A stretch of DNA of 59,686 nt, the filler included. It is 6 parts of 6 records of this genome, joined end to end, with 100 filler letters (N's around TTAATTAATTAA, not from the genome) between each part and the next. Parts side by side here need not be neighbours in the genome. Positions count along the whole stretch, not along the records: positions 1 to 11,401 come from DRR723986_8270; positions 11,502 to 20,899 come from DRR723986_8282; 4 more parts are not named here. The stretch is one strand, 5' to 3'. Both the position numbers and the translations under genes were made by a program. Each line of letters begins with the position of its first letter. The first letter of the stretch is position 1. The notes under the pieces are model-generated. The model saw only the letters and a list, made by a program, of their open reading frames with translations. It ran no database searches and had not been told where the DNA came from. This document shows positions 10,667 to 20,196 of the stretch, one piece after another.

Positions 10667-11401
10667 ATGACACTTGATCTGGCAGCCTACGCGGCCGAAC
10701 GCGGCATCAAATACTTCATGATCTCCTTCACCGACCTCTTTGGCGGGCAGCGGGCCAAGCTGGTGCCCGCGCAGGCCATCGCCGACATGCAGGCAGACGG
10801 GGCCGGGTTCGCGGGCTTTGCCACATGGCTCGACATGACACCTGCCCATCCCGATATGCTGGCCGTGCCTGATCCCTCTTCCGTCATTCAACTGCCATGG
10901 AAGCCAGAGGTCGCCTGGGTTGCCTCGAACTGCGTGATGGAAGGCGAAGACGTCGCCCAGGCCCCGCGCAACGTGTTGCGCCGTCTGGTGGATGAGGCCG
11001 CCGAGATGGGCCTGCATGTCAAAACCGGGATCGAAGCCGAGTTCTTCCTGCTGACCGCAGATGGCGAGCAGATTTCGGATGAATACGACACCGCCGCCAA
11101 ACCCTGCTATGACCAGCAGGCGGTGATGCGCCGCTACGACGTGGTGCGTGAGATCTGCGATTACATGCTGGAATTGGGCTGGGGCCCGTACCAGAACGAC
11201 CACGAGGACGCCAATGGCCAGTTCGAGATGAACTGGGAGTTCGACGATGTGCTGAAAACCGCTGACAAGCACAGCTTCTTCAAGTTCATGACCAAGTCGG
11301 TCGCCGAAAAGCACGGGCTGCGCGCCACCTTCATGCCAAAACCGGTCGAAGGTCTGACCGGCAATGGCTGTCACGCGCATATCTCGGTCTGGGACGCGCC
11401 C
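10667..11401 (+). CDS. gmaS: Gamma-glutamylmethylamide synthetase (GlnT-type), truncated by contig end
   Basis: KYFMISFTDLFGGQRAKLVP, GAGFAGFA, KPCYDQ, QNDHEDANGQFEMNW; directly after glxBCD. Confidence 0.85.
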
Positions 11402-11501
11402 NNNNNNNNNNNNNNNNNNNNNNNNNNNNNNNNNNNNNNNNNNNNTTAATTAATTAANNNNNNNNNNNNNNNNNNNNNNNNNNNNNNNNNNNNNNNNNNN
11501 N
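11402..11501. other. Artificial contig linker (same linker at 20900-20999, 30115-30214, 36433-36532, 47369-47468)
   Basis: N-run + TTAATTAATTAA (stops in all six frames) + N-run; genes are cut at both sides. Confidence 0.98.
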
Positions 11502-11528
11502 GGGGTTCGATTCCCCTACGGGCTGCCA
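11502..11528 (+). tRNA. 3' end of a tRNA (T-arm + acceptor strand + CCA), most likely tRNA-Glu; cut by contig start
   Basis: GGGGTTCGATTCCCCTACGGGCTGCCA: T-loop GTTCGATTC, ends in CCA; matches my recollection of alphaproteobacterial tRNA-Glu. Anticodon not visible. Confidence 0.8.
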
Positions 11529-11664
11529 CTTTCCTTCATTCGCATCGCTACGCTGAGGGTCGCCTCTGATCGTCCTTGGCCGTTGGGTTGGTCTTTGTGC
11601 CGTGGCGCCGCGCGGCGGCGCGGCGCTCTGGGCCGGTGGGCCTGATCCGGGGGCGGGGCTTGTC

Positions 11665-12810
11665 TCAGGTCGGGCGTTCCGCTTCCTGCGCGCCGTCGAA
11701 GCCCGTCCGCAGGACCGCGCCAAACCGTGGGCCGTGATCGCCCGAGAGGTGATCCCGCGCCACGAGGCTGAGTTGGGTGCTGTCGTGGCGGGCGGTGACG
11801 GTCAGGTGCTCTCCGGGCCGGGCGGGGAGGGCGCGGTCGAGCAGGAAGGCCGTTCGCCCCCAGTGACCCGCGGCGGACAGCCCGTTCGTCAGGGCAAGGC
11901 CGGGGGCCAGCGTCATCTCGAAGAAGACCAGAACCGCGTGGATCGTGCCGGCATCGGTGCAGTCCAGCCGCTCGACCACCTGCTCCGGCGCAAGGCGGGG
12001 CCGGGCGAAATCGACGTGGAAGAGGTCGCGGGCCGGACCAAGCGGCCGCAGTCCGAGGGTGGCGAAATCGCCCGGCGTGATCTGCGCCACGCTGGCGAAG
12101 CGGTGAAAGGCGTCGAGGGCGAATCCCTCTGCCTCCTGCGGGCGCCATTGCGTCCACAGGCGGTCGCTTTCGACCAGTTGCGCGCGCAGCCGGCCGTGCA
12201 GCGGGATCGCGCGGCCATCGGGGCGCACCAGCCGTCCCAGCGCGTCGACCAGCGTGGCGAGGGCGCCTTCGCCCAGCAGGACGGTATCGACGATCTCGGA
12301 GACGAGCACATCCGCCGGGCGGGGCAGGTCGGCGCCGACACGGAGTTCGTGCGAGGGTTTGGCGATGACGGTGATGCGGTCGGACAGGCCGTTGCCGGCG
12401 ATGACCCGGCGCGCGGCCTGCGCGATCAGCGGCTGTTGTTCGCAGGTATAGACGTGGGCGGCCCCGGCGCGCGCGGCCAGCATGGCGGTCAGCCCCGCGC
12501 CGCAGCCGATGTCGAGCACGATGTCGCCGGGGCGCACCGTCCGGGCGATGGCCTGAGCGTAGGCGCGATTGCGACGCCGGTCGGCCAGCATCGGGAAGTG
12601 CCAGCGCGGCACCAGAAGCTGGTGCAGCCGTTCGGTCAGGATGCGCGCGTCGTGGTGGTCCGGCTCATCCGCCAAGGCCTCTTGCAGCAGGGCCGAGGTG
12701 CGCAGCCCGCCGTCGGTCAGCGGCTGCGCGCGTGCCAAGGCGACGAGGTCGTCGGCCCGTCCGCGCCGGTCGGTGACGGAGGGCAGGGGGCAGACGTGGT
12801 CTTTGGCCAT
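11665..12810 (-). CDS. SAM-dependent methyltransferase homologous to eukaryotic protein arginine methyltransferases (PRMT7/PRMT9-like)
   Basis: C-terminal part of ORF 11665..14208 from ATG 12810 (GAGG SD): RWHFPMLADRRRN..Y, VLDIGCGAG, VYTCE, double-E loop VSEIVDTVLLGEG, GHW (THW-like) loop. Confidence 0.82.
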   Translation of the reverse strand: MAKDHVCPLPSVTDRRGRADDLVALARAQPLTDGGLRTSALLQEALADEPDHHDARILTERLHQLLVPRWHFPMLADRRRNRAYAQAIARTVRPGDIVLDIGCGAGLTAMLAARAGAAHVYTCEQQPLIAQAARRVIAGNGLSDRITVIAKPSHELRVGADLPRPADVLVSEIVDTVLLGEGALATLVDALGRLVRPDGRAIPLHGRLRAQLVESDRLWTQWRPQEAEGFALDAFHRFASVAQITPGDFATLGLRPLGPARDLFHVDFARPRLAPEQVVERLDCTDAGTIHAVLVFFEMTLAPGLALTNGLSAAGHWGRTAFLLDRALPARPGEHLTVTARHDSTQLSLVARDHLSGDHGPRFGAVLRTGFDGAQEAERPT

Positions 12811-13089
12811 GGGGTATCGTCCTCGTTCTAAGGATCCGCACCGCAGCCGGTGCGCGCTGTCCGGCCGGTCTAGCGGACGGAGGCATAAGATCCCGTAAAC
12901 GTCCGGGCTTCGGTTGGCACGAAGGGGGGCGCGCGGGTCGAGGGAGAGGCTGCCGCCAGCAGGTCGGGCGCTGATCCGGCGACGGGGCTGGCGGCGGACC
13001 GATGGGGCCGCACTGGCTGGCCGGTGGGTGGGGGGCGCGCGGCGGCCCGTGCTTGCAGCGGCGGACGCAGGCTTGCCCGGGCGAGGCGC

Positions 13090-13232
13090 TCCGCGCGCCG
13101 CTGGTCGGGGTCGTCGGGACGGTCGATCTTGATCACGTCGGCGCCAAGGAACGCCATCTGGTCGGCGGCGAAGGGCCCGGCGCGGACATGGGTGGCGTCG
13201 ATGACCTCGAGGCCTTCGAAGGCACGGGGCGT
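13090..13232 (-). pseudogene. 5' relic of a family III CoA-transferase (CaiB/BaiF)
   Basis: Reads (ACG)PRAFEGLEVIDATHVRAGPFAADQMAFLGADVIKIDRPDDPDQRR, then similarity is lost; start codon appears mutated to ACG. Confidence 0.75.
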
Positions 13233-13253
13233 GGGCTGTCTCGCTGGTTCGGT

Positions 13254-14294
13254 CTAGGGGGCGCTGCCCCGGCCCATGCGGCTGGTGAGCCGGGTGAGCC
13301 AGTGCAGGTTGGGCATGATGACGAAGATCCGGGCAAGGTGCATGGCCGTGACCAGCGCCACGTCCTGCCCGAGGATGCCCGCCGTCAGCGCCATCTCGGT
13401 GGTGCTGCCGGGGGCGAAGCCCAGCACCATGGTCGCAAAGGGGCTGCCGAAGAGCCTGCAGGCGATCCAGGCGCCCAGCACGCAGAGCGCCAGCAGCAGG
13501 CCCGAGGTCACGAGGACGGAGGCCACGAGGCCCCGGCGCTCGGTAAAGGTCCGGCGGGTGAAGCAGGAGCCGAGCCATGTGCCCAGCACCACCTGCGCCG
13601 CGGCCAGCATCGGCTGCGGGATATCGAAGACCGGCTGACCCAGCGCCGAGAGTGCCGCGGCCATGAAGAGCGGGCCGAGGAAGAAGGGGTTCGCCAGCCT
13701 GAGCGCGCGGAACAGGACCGGGCCCGCTAGCGCCCCGGCCAGCGTCACGGCGGCGGCGGTCAGCCCGTGGTCGACCTCTGGCGGTGGCACGCTCAGGGTG
13801 TCGCCGCCCAGCACCAGAAGCGTCGGGAAGAGCGTCACCACCAGCGCGATGCGCATGGTCTGGGCGAAGATCACCGGCGCGGGCGAGACCCCGTAGTGTT
13901 CGGCGATCACGCTGGCCTCGACCGGAGAGGTCGGCACCACCGAAAGGAAGGCCGTCACCCCGTCGGTGCCGTAGACCCGGCGCTGGAAGCCGCTGACCAA
14001 AAGCGAGATCGCGAGGATGTAGAGGCTGGTGAACAGCAGGAGCGGCGCGGTCTGGAGCAGGGCGTGGAAGGCCTCTGGCGTGAAATGCGCGCCGACGAAG
14101 GTGGCCACCGTGACCTGCCCGAAGGGGCGCGTGCGCTTGGGCACGGTCACGACCAGAAGGCCGGAGGCGGTGAGCGCTCCGGCGGTCAGAAGCGGGCCGA
14201 TCATCCATGGCAGCGGCACGCCGATCTGGTCGAAGACCAGCCCGGCGAGGCCGCAGGCGGCGTAGAGGCAGGCAAGCGCCGGTAGGGTCTTCAC
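13254..14294 (-). CDS. AbrB-family (AidB-regulator type) duplicated membrane protein
   Basis: GVPLPWMIGPL and LANPFFLGPL repeats, APGSTTEMAL, VTAMHLARI. Confidence 0.85.
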   Translation of the reverse strand: MKTLPALACLYAACGLAGLVFDQIGVPLPWMIGPLLTAGALTASGLLVVTVPKRTRPFGQVTVATFVGAHFTPEAFHALLQTAPLLLFTSLYILAISLLVSGFQRRVYGTDGVTAFLSVVPTSPVEASVIAEHYGVSPAPVIFAQTMRIALVVTLFPTLLVLGGDTLSVPPPEVDHGLTAAAVTLAGALAGPVLFRALRLANPFFLGPLFMAAALSALGQPVFDIPQPMLAAAQVVLGTWLGSCFTRRTFTERRGLVASVLVTSGLLLALCVLGAWIACRLFGSPFATMVLGFAPGSTTEMALTAGILGQDVALVTAMHLARIFVIMPNLHWLTRLTSRMGRGSAP

Positions 14295-16408
14295 GCGGGG
14301 CCGTCCTCCTCCATGCGCAGCAGCGCGTCGAGCATCGTCACGCCGTCGCCCTTGGGCAGGATGGCGAGCGGGTTGACCTCTGCTTCGGCGATCCGGGGGG
14401 CGAGGGCAAGGCGCGAGAAGGCGGCGACCGCCTGCGCCAGCGCCTCGAGGTCGCCCTCGGGCAGGCCTCGATAGCCGCGCAGGGGGGCGAAGCCCTTGAC
14501 CTCTGCCACCATGGCGCGGGCGGTCTCGGGCGTCACCGGGGCGGGGCGGCAGGTGGCGTCGCGGTAGACCTCGGCCAGAATGCCCCCGGCGCCTAGGGTC
14601 ACGATGGGCCCCACCAGCGGATCGCGGGTCAGCCCGAGGATGGCCTCGCCCAGCCCGGGGTTCATCTCCTGAACCAGAACGGCGTCGAGCGGGTAGCCGG
14701 GGGTGTGCGCCTCGGCCGAGGCCTTCATGCGGGCGATGGCCTCGCGCAGGGCATGGGCGTCGCGGATGTCCAGCGCCACGGCACCGGCCTCGGACTTGTG
14801 CGGCAGGTCGACGGAGACGAGTTTCGCCACCAGCGGAAAGGCCAGCGGGATCGTGTCCGGTGTTTCGTCCGGGGCGAGGAGCAGCGTGGCGGGACGGCTG
14901 AGCCCAAGCGTTTCGAAGAACGCGCCGGCGGTGGCCTCGGACTGGACCCCGGCGGGGAGGGCGGCGAGCGCCTTGGTCAGCGCGGCGGGCAGCGGCTGGG
15001 GCGGGGTCGTGGCGGCGGGGGCGGGGCGCAGCAGCATGGCCACCGTCTCGGCACAGGTTTCCAGCGTGTGGAAGGCCGGGATGCCCGCCTCGTTCAGCAG
15101 CGTCAGGCTGTCGGGCGCGTGCGGCAGGGGGAAGCCCAGCACCGGGGCCGCTCCCTCTGGCGCCTCGCGCACGGCGTCGAGGATCGGGGCCACCGCAAGC
15201 TCGGGGTTGAACTGCGCCGAAGAGCCGATGGCCACCACCAGCACCCCGGTCTCGGGGTCGCGGATGAGCGTGTCCACGACCGCGCGCATGGTGTCGTATT
15301 GCGTGCCCGCAAGCGTCACGTCCACCAGCTTGTCATGGCCCAGCGGGATGCCTTGGGCGGTCAGGGCCGCGCGGGCGGCGGGGCTGGCGGTGCCGATCTC
15401 GACGCCGCGGGCCGCAAGCTGGTCCACCACCATGGCGCCGCCGCCGCCGGTGGTCGAGACGACCGTGGCGCGGCGCGGGCGGCCCTCGGGCAGGCGGGTG
15501 CGGGACAGGGCGCGGGGCGCCTCGATCAGGGTGTCGAACTGCTGCGCCTCGTGAATGCCGATCTCGCGCAGAAAGGCCGAGACGGCGGCGCGCCCGCCGG
15601 TCAGCGCCCCGGTGTGCGAGACCGCCAGCGCGCGGCCTTCCTCCGAGACGCCGATCATGTAGGCCACCACCGGCTTGCCGCGCCGGGCCGCGCCGCGCGC
15701 GAAGGCCGCCAGCGCCTCGGGGTCGCGGATGGTTTCGAGGAAGAGCTGGAAGGCCTGCGTCTGCGGATCGTCCAGCAGAAGGCCGCCCAGCGTGCCGACG
15801 CCCGTGCAGGCCTCGTTGCCCAGCGACACCAGCGTGGAAAAGCCGTGGCCGCGCTCTTGCCCGCGCGAGAGCAGCGTGCCGATGACCGAGCCGCTTTGCG
15901 ACAGGACGGCGGTGGAGCCCCGGTTGACCTGCGGCGTGGCGAAGGCGGCATTGGTGGTGCAGGCAAAGCCCGCGTGGGTGTTCACCACGCCCATGGAGTT
16001 CGGGCCGATCAGCAGCATCCCCGCCTCGCGCGCGATGGCGGCGGCGCGGTTCTGCCGAGCCTGTCCCTCGGCGCCCGCCTCGGCAAAGCCGTCGGCCAGC
16101 ATCGACACGACGGGCACGCCCTTGGCGGCGCAGTCCAGCAGCGCGGTCAGTGCGGCCTCGGCGTCGAGCAGGATGTAGGCGTGATCCACCGGCCCGTCGA
16201 GCGCGGCGACCGAGGGCGCGGCGGGCAGGCCCATGACCTCGGCGCGTCCGGGGTTCACCGGCAGGATGCGGCCCGCGTAGCCGTGCTGGCGCAGGAAGGT
16301 CAGCGGGCGGGCGGTCAGCCGTGCGGGGTTCGACGAGGCCCCCACCAGCGCCACACTGGCGGGTGCGGTCAGGGCCTCGAGGCGATCGTGTGCGGCGCCG
16401 CCCGTCAT
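14291..16408 (-). CDS. Acetate--CoA ligase (ADP-forming) family acyl-CoA synthetase
   Basis: C-terminal part of ORF 14291..17623 from ATG 16408: VALVGAS, GPNSMG, SQSGS, SHTGAL (phospho-His), ATP-grasp HKSEAGAV and EVNPL; ATGA overlap with the upstream gene. Confidence 0.88.
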   Translation of the reverse strand: MTGGAAHDRLEALTAPASVALVGASSNPARLTARPLTFLRQHGYAGRILPVNPGRAEVMGLPAAPSVAALDGPVDHAYILLDAEAALTALLDCAAKGVPVVSMLADGFAEAGAEGQARQNRAAAIAREAGMLLIGPNSMGVVNTHAGFACTTNAAFATPQVNRGSTAVLSQSGSVIGTLLSRGQERGHGFSTLVSLGNEACTGVGTLGGLLLDDPQTQAFQLFLETIRDPEALAAFARGAARRGKPVVAYMIGVSEEGRALAVSHTGALTGGRAAVSAFLREIGIHEAQQFDTLIEAPRALSRTRLPEGRPRRATVVSTTGGGGAMVVDQLAARGVEIGTASPAARAALTAQGIPLGHDKLVDVTLAGTQYDTMRAVVDTLIRDPETGVLVVAIGSSAQFNPELAVAPILDAVREAPEGAAPVLGFPLPHAPDSLTLLNEAGIPAFHTLETCAETVAMLLRPAPAATTPPQPLPAALTKALAALPAGVQSEATAGAFFETLGLSRPATLLLAPDETPDTIPLAFPLVAKLVSVDLPHKSEAGAVALDIRDAHALREAIARMKASAEAHTPGYPLDAVLVQEMNPGLGEAILGLTRDPLVGPIVTLGAGGILAEVYRDATCRPAPVTPETARAMVAEVKGFAPLRGYRGLPEGDLEALAQAVAAFSRLALAPRIAEAEVNPLAILPKGDGVTMLDALLRMEEDGPA

Positions 16409-17571
16409 TCCGCCGCCACGCTGCGCGGCGCGCGCTGCGAGAAGCGGCGGTCGAAGATGCCCTCGGCGATGCGGTTCTTCAGGATCTCGACCGATCCGCC
16501 CGCGATCATCCAGCCGCGCGTCCGGCGCAGTGCATATTGCGCGGTGCTGTCCTCGGAGAAGCCGAGGCCGCCGAGGATCTGCACCGCCTCGTTGGCGGCG
16601 AAGAACCCGGCCTCGTTGCAGGCGAGCTTGGCCATCGCAGTCTCCTGCGCCGAGGGCAGGCCGTCCTCGCCGTTCACCGCCGCGCGCATCAGCAGCAGCT
16701 GCGCCGCCTCCAGCCGCACGGCCATGTCGGCGAACTTCCATTGCAGGCCCTGAAACTCGCAGAGCGCGCGGCCGAACTGGCGGCGCTGGGCGGCATGGTC
16801 GCGCGCGAGGGTGAAGGCATGGCGCCCCACCGCCAGCGCGCGGGCGGAATTGCCCAGACGCTCGACGTTGAAGCCCGCGATCTGCTTCTTGAAGCCGCCC
16901 TCGCCAAGCAGCACGTTCTCCGGCGGGACATAGACGTTGTCGAAGTAAAGCTGCGACCACGTCTCGCCGTTCATGAAGGTGGAGGGCTGGCCGATGGTGA
17001 AGCCGGGCGTGCCCCTCTCGATCAGCACAGAGCCGATGCCGCCCACCCCCGGCCCGAAGCGCAGGTAGACGAGGAAAAGGTCGGCCTCGGAGGAATGGGT
17101 GCCGAAGATCTTGGTGCCGTTGACGCGGAAACCTGCGCCGTCGGGCGTGGCGGAGGTCACGAGGTCGGTCACCGCGGACCCGGCCTCGGGCTCCGTCATG
17201 CCCAGCGAGATCAGCGCCTTGCCCTGCAGGATCGGGCCAAGGAAGCGCGCCTTCTGCTCTGCCGTGGCGAATTCCGCGAAGGTGCGCACCGGGCCGAAGT
17301 TGGCCGCCTGAATGACGTCGCCCGAGCGCGGGCAGACCTCGGCCACCGCCTGAATGGCGAGGATCGCGTTGACCAGCCCGCCGCCGATGCCGCCGTCCGC
17401 CTCGGGGATGGTGATGCCCAAGAGGCCCATCTGCGCGAAACGCGCCGCCACGTCCCAAGGGTAGCTGTCCGCCCGCGCCCGCGCCGCCGCGCCCTCGGCC
17501 AGTTCGGCAAGGGCAAAGCGGCGCACGGTGTCGTAGAACATCTGCTGTTCCTCGGTCAGCTTGAAATCCAT
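16405..17571 (-). CDS. Acyl-CoA dehydrogenase
   Basis: MDFKLTEEQ, GMTEPEAGS, NGTKIF, RRQFGRAL..FQGLQWKFADM, AVQILGGLG, IAGGSVEI. Confidence 0.92.
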   Translation of the reverse strand: MDFKLTEEQQMFYDTVRRFALAELAEGAAARARADSYPWDVAARFAQMGLLGITIPEADGGIGGGLVNAILAIQAVAEVCPRSGDVIQAANFGPVRTFAEFATAEQKARFLGPILQGKALISLGMTEPEAGSAVTDLVTSATPDGAGFRVNGTKIFGTHSSEADLFLVYLRFGPGVGGIGSVLIERGTPGFTIGQPSTFMNGETWSQLYFDNVYVPPENVLLGEGGFKKQIAGFNVERLGNSARALAVGRHAFTLARDHAAQRRQFGRALCEFQGLQWKFADMAVRLEAAQLLLMRAAVNGEDGLPSAQETAMAKLACNEAGFFAANEAVQILGGLGFSEDSTAQYALRRTRGWMIAGGSVEILKNRIAEGIFDRRFSQRAPRSVAAE

Positions 17572-17667
17572 CGGGCACCCGTCCATTCACTTCGGTTTCG
17601 GGACAGTCTAGACATCCCGGCACGGGACTATACCGCCATTCTGGTCGGACAAGGGAAACCTGAGCTT

Positions 17668-18594
17668 ATGGATCGCCGATACCGGGACCTGCCGCTGAAC
17701 CCGCTCCGGGCCTTCGCGGTGGCCTCGCAGCACAAGACCTTCACCGCCGCCGCGCAGCACATGGGCGTGAGCCAGGTGGCGATCAGCCGCCAGATCTCGA
17801 CGCTGGAGGATTACCTTGGCGTGAAGCTGTTCGAGCGGGGCGCGCGCTCGGTCAAGCTGACCGACGTGGGCCGCACGCTGGGGCGCGAGGTCAGCGTGCT
17901 CTTCGAAGAGTTGGAGCGCGCGACCCATGGCGTGCTGTCCGACGAGAGCGAGAACACGATCAAGCTGCGGATCTACCCGACCTTCGCGCAGCATTGGCTG
18001 CTGCCCCGGCTCGGGGCCTTTCAGGCGCTTTATCCCGACTATCGCTTTCGGCTGGATACGACGGTGGAGCCGCTGGATTTTCGCGGCACGCATCTGGACG
18101 TGGCGATCCAGCTTGGCCACGGCACATGGCGCGATGCCCGGTCGCGCAAGCTCTTCGACGAGACGGTGGATGTGGTCTGCAGCCCCGCCTACGCCCGCGC
18201 GCGGGGCGGCCTGACCACACCCGAGGCGCTGGCCGGGGCGGAGTTCCTGCACGCCAAGTACCGCCGCAAGGAGTGGGAGACATGGGCCGAGGCGGCAGGC
18301 GTCGAGCTTGGCGCGCTGGCGGGGCAGGAGTTCGACTCGTCCCTGCTGGTCTATCAGGCGGCGCAGCACGGCTTCGGGCTGGCGCTGGGGCAGGTGGACC
18401 TGCTGTCGAAAGAGCTCGAAAGCGGGCAATTGGTGCAGCCCTTCCGCAAGCCGGTGACGACGGGGGCCTCGTTCCACGTCATCTGGCCGGTGATGAAATC
18501 GGTCTCGACAAAGACCAAGCATTTCATCGACTGGCTGCTCGACACCTCGGGCGAGCCGCGCGCCTTCTTCAAGCGCAAGGGCGCCGGGGGGTGA
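17668..18594 (+). CDS. LysR-family regulator (GcvA-like)
   Basis: PLNPLRAFAVASQHKTFTAAA..MGVSQVAISRQISTLEDYLGVKLFER; divergent from the acyl-CoA dehydrogenase. Confidence 0.92.
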   Translation: MDRRYRDLPLNPLRAFAVASQHKTFTAAAQHMGVSQVAISRQISTLEDYLGVKLFERGARSVKLTDVGRTLGREVSVLFEELERATHGVLSDESENTIKLRIYPTFAQHWLLPRLGAFQALYPDYRFRLDTTVEPLDFRGTHLDVAIQLGHGTWRDARSRKLFDETVDVVCSPAYARARGGLTTPEALAGAEFLHAKYRRKEWETWAEAAGVELGALAGQEFDSSLLVYQAAQHGFGLALGQVDLLSKELESGQLVQPFRKPVTTGASFHVIWPVMKSVSTKTKHFIDWLLDTSGEPRAFFKRKGAGG

Positions 18595-18618
18595 CTGTTT
18601 TGGTTCGGGCTGCACGTC

Positions 18619-18724
18619 GGGGCCGAACGCCTTGACGCGGCCTGCACGGCGGGGCTGACCGATCCGGCTCAGACTGGCCGCCGGGGCTGACCGATCCGGC
18701 GCAGGCTGCGCATCGGGGCTGACC
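18619..18724 (+). repeat. Degenerate tandem repeat with a 32-bp period
   Basis: GGGGCTGACC at 18651, 18683 and 18715 (first two extend to GGGGCTGACCGATCCGGC); degenerate GGGGCCGAAC at 18619. Confidence 0.7.
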
Positions 18725-18810
18725 TGCGGTTGGGCTGTCATGACGTGCGGCCCGGTCGCGCGCGCCCGCACACGGGCCTAGGGTGGACCCGAACGGTGGA
18801 CGGAGGGGCT

Positions 18811-19590
18811 ATGCCGCGGATGCAATACGAGGTGGTCGGGGACCTGCGCGCCGGCGTGCCGCTGGTGCTGGTGCACGGCATGTTCGCCAGCCGCCGCCTG
18901 TGGGATCTGAACCGCGCGGCTCTGGCGGCGCGCTTTCCGCTGGTGCTGGTGGACTTGCCGGGGCACGGGGCCTCTCCACCGCTGGAGGGCGCGGCACCGC
19001 CCGGGGCCTTGGTGCAGGCGTTGGAGGGGATGCGCGCGGCGTTGGGCGTGCCGCGCTGGTTCCTCTGCGGGCAAAGCTTCGGCGCGGGGGTGACGCTGCA
19101 CTATGCGCTGGTCCACCCCGACCGCGTCGCGGCGCAGGCCTTCACCAACTCGCGCACCATGTTCCGCGACGCCTACGGCCCCGAGGAGACCGCCCTGCGC
19201 GAGGCCCGCATCGCCAAGATCCGCGCGGGCGGGCGCGAGGCCATGGGGCGCGAGGTCTTTCACCCGCGCCACGCCAAGCGCTTCCCCGAGCCGATCAAGA
19301 CCGTGCTCTCGGGCGAGGCCGAGCGCATCGACATTCCCACCTACCTGCGGCTCGTGGGAGAGACCGCGCCCGCGCTGTCGTTTCATGGGCAGGAGGCCGC
19401 GCCACAGGTGCCGACGCTTCTGATCAACGGCCGCCACGAGCGCGCCTTTCAGCCCTGCCGCGCGGATCTGGAACGGGCATGGCCCGCGCTCGAGATCGCC
19501 GACATAGACGGCGGCCACGCGGTCAATATCGAGAACCCGCAGGGCTTCGATGCCGCCCTGACCGGATTTCTGGAGCGCCACTCAGGCTAA
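18811..19590 (+). CDS. Alpha/beta hydrolase
   Basis: LVHG, DLPGHGAS, nucleophile elbow GQSFG, C-terminal GGHAVNIENP; GGAGG SD. Confidence 0.88.
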   Translation: MPRMQYEVVGDLRAGVPLVLVHGMFASRRLWDLNRAALAARFPLVLVDLPGHGASPPLEGAAPPGALVQALEGMRAALGVPRWFLCGQSFGAGVTLHYALVHPDRVAAQAFTNSRTMFRDAYGPEETALREARIAKIRAGGREAMGREVFHPRHAKRFPEPIKTVLSGEAERIDIPTYLRLVGETAPALSFHGQEAAPQVPTLLINGRHERAFQPCRADLERAWPALEIADIDGGHAVNIENPQGFDAALTGFLERHSG

Positions 19591-19706
19591 CCGCAGATTA
19601 TGACAGGGCGACGAGTGCCAAGTTGCGGCGCCCCCGGCCGGACGCGATGATCGCCGCCAAGAACACGGTCCGCGGCGCATGCGCCCCGAGACCGGCAGGA
19701 GGACCC

Positions 19707-20084
19707 ATGAGAGAGATAGAGACATCGCCCCGCGCCGCGTGGGAGGCCTATGCCCGCGAGGGCAAGCTGGCCTACCAATGGAGCCCGGACGCCGCCCGCG
19801 CCGTCTGGACGCCGCGCGTGCTTTGCCCCTTCGGCGGGCGGGCGCCGCTGGAATGGCGGGTCAGCGCGGGCCGGGGCGCGATCCATGCCATCACCCTGAC
19901 CCATCCCGCGCAGGGCGACCCCTATACGGTGGCCCTGATCGACATGGACGAGGGCTTTCGGATCATGAGCCGCGTGGAGGGCGCCACCGGTGCCCCCGAA
20001 GAGACCGGACGCCGCGTGACCCTGCGCTTCGTCGAGGAAGAGGGCGCCCCGGTGCCGGTCTTCGACATGGAGGGCGCGGCATGA
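19707..20084 (+). CDS. DUF35-type (Zn-ribbon/OB-fold) thiolase partner protein
   Basis: EGKLAYQ..PRVLCP..LEWRVSAGRG..PYTVALIDMDEGFRIMSRV; AGGAGG SD; upstream of the thiolase. Confidence 0.85.
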   Translation: MREIETSPRAAWEAYAREGKLAYQWSPDAARAVWTPRVLCPFGGRAPLEWRVSAGRGAIHAITLTHPAQGDPYTVALIDMDEGFRIMSRVEGATGAPEETGRRVTLRFVEEEGAPVPVFDMEGAA

Positions 20085-20196
20085 GCGGGCGCGTCATTCT
20101 CATCGCAACCGCGGGTGCCGCCTTGGAAGCGCGGAACGGGGACCTCGATGCAGGCCGCCGGACGCATCGCGGCAACACGACCACGGAGGGCGCGGC

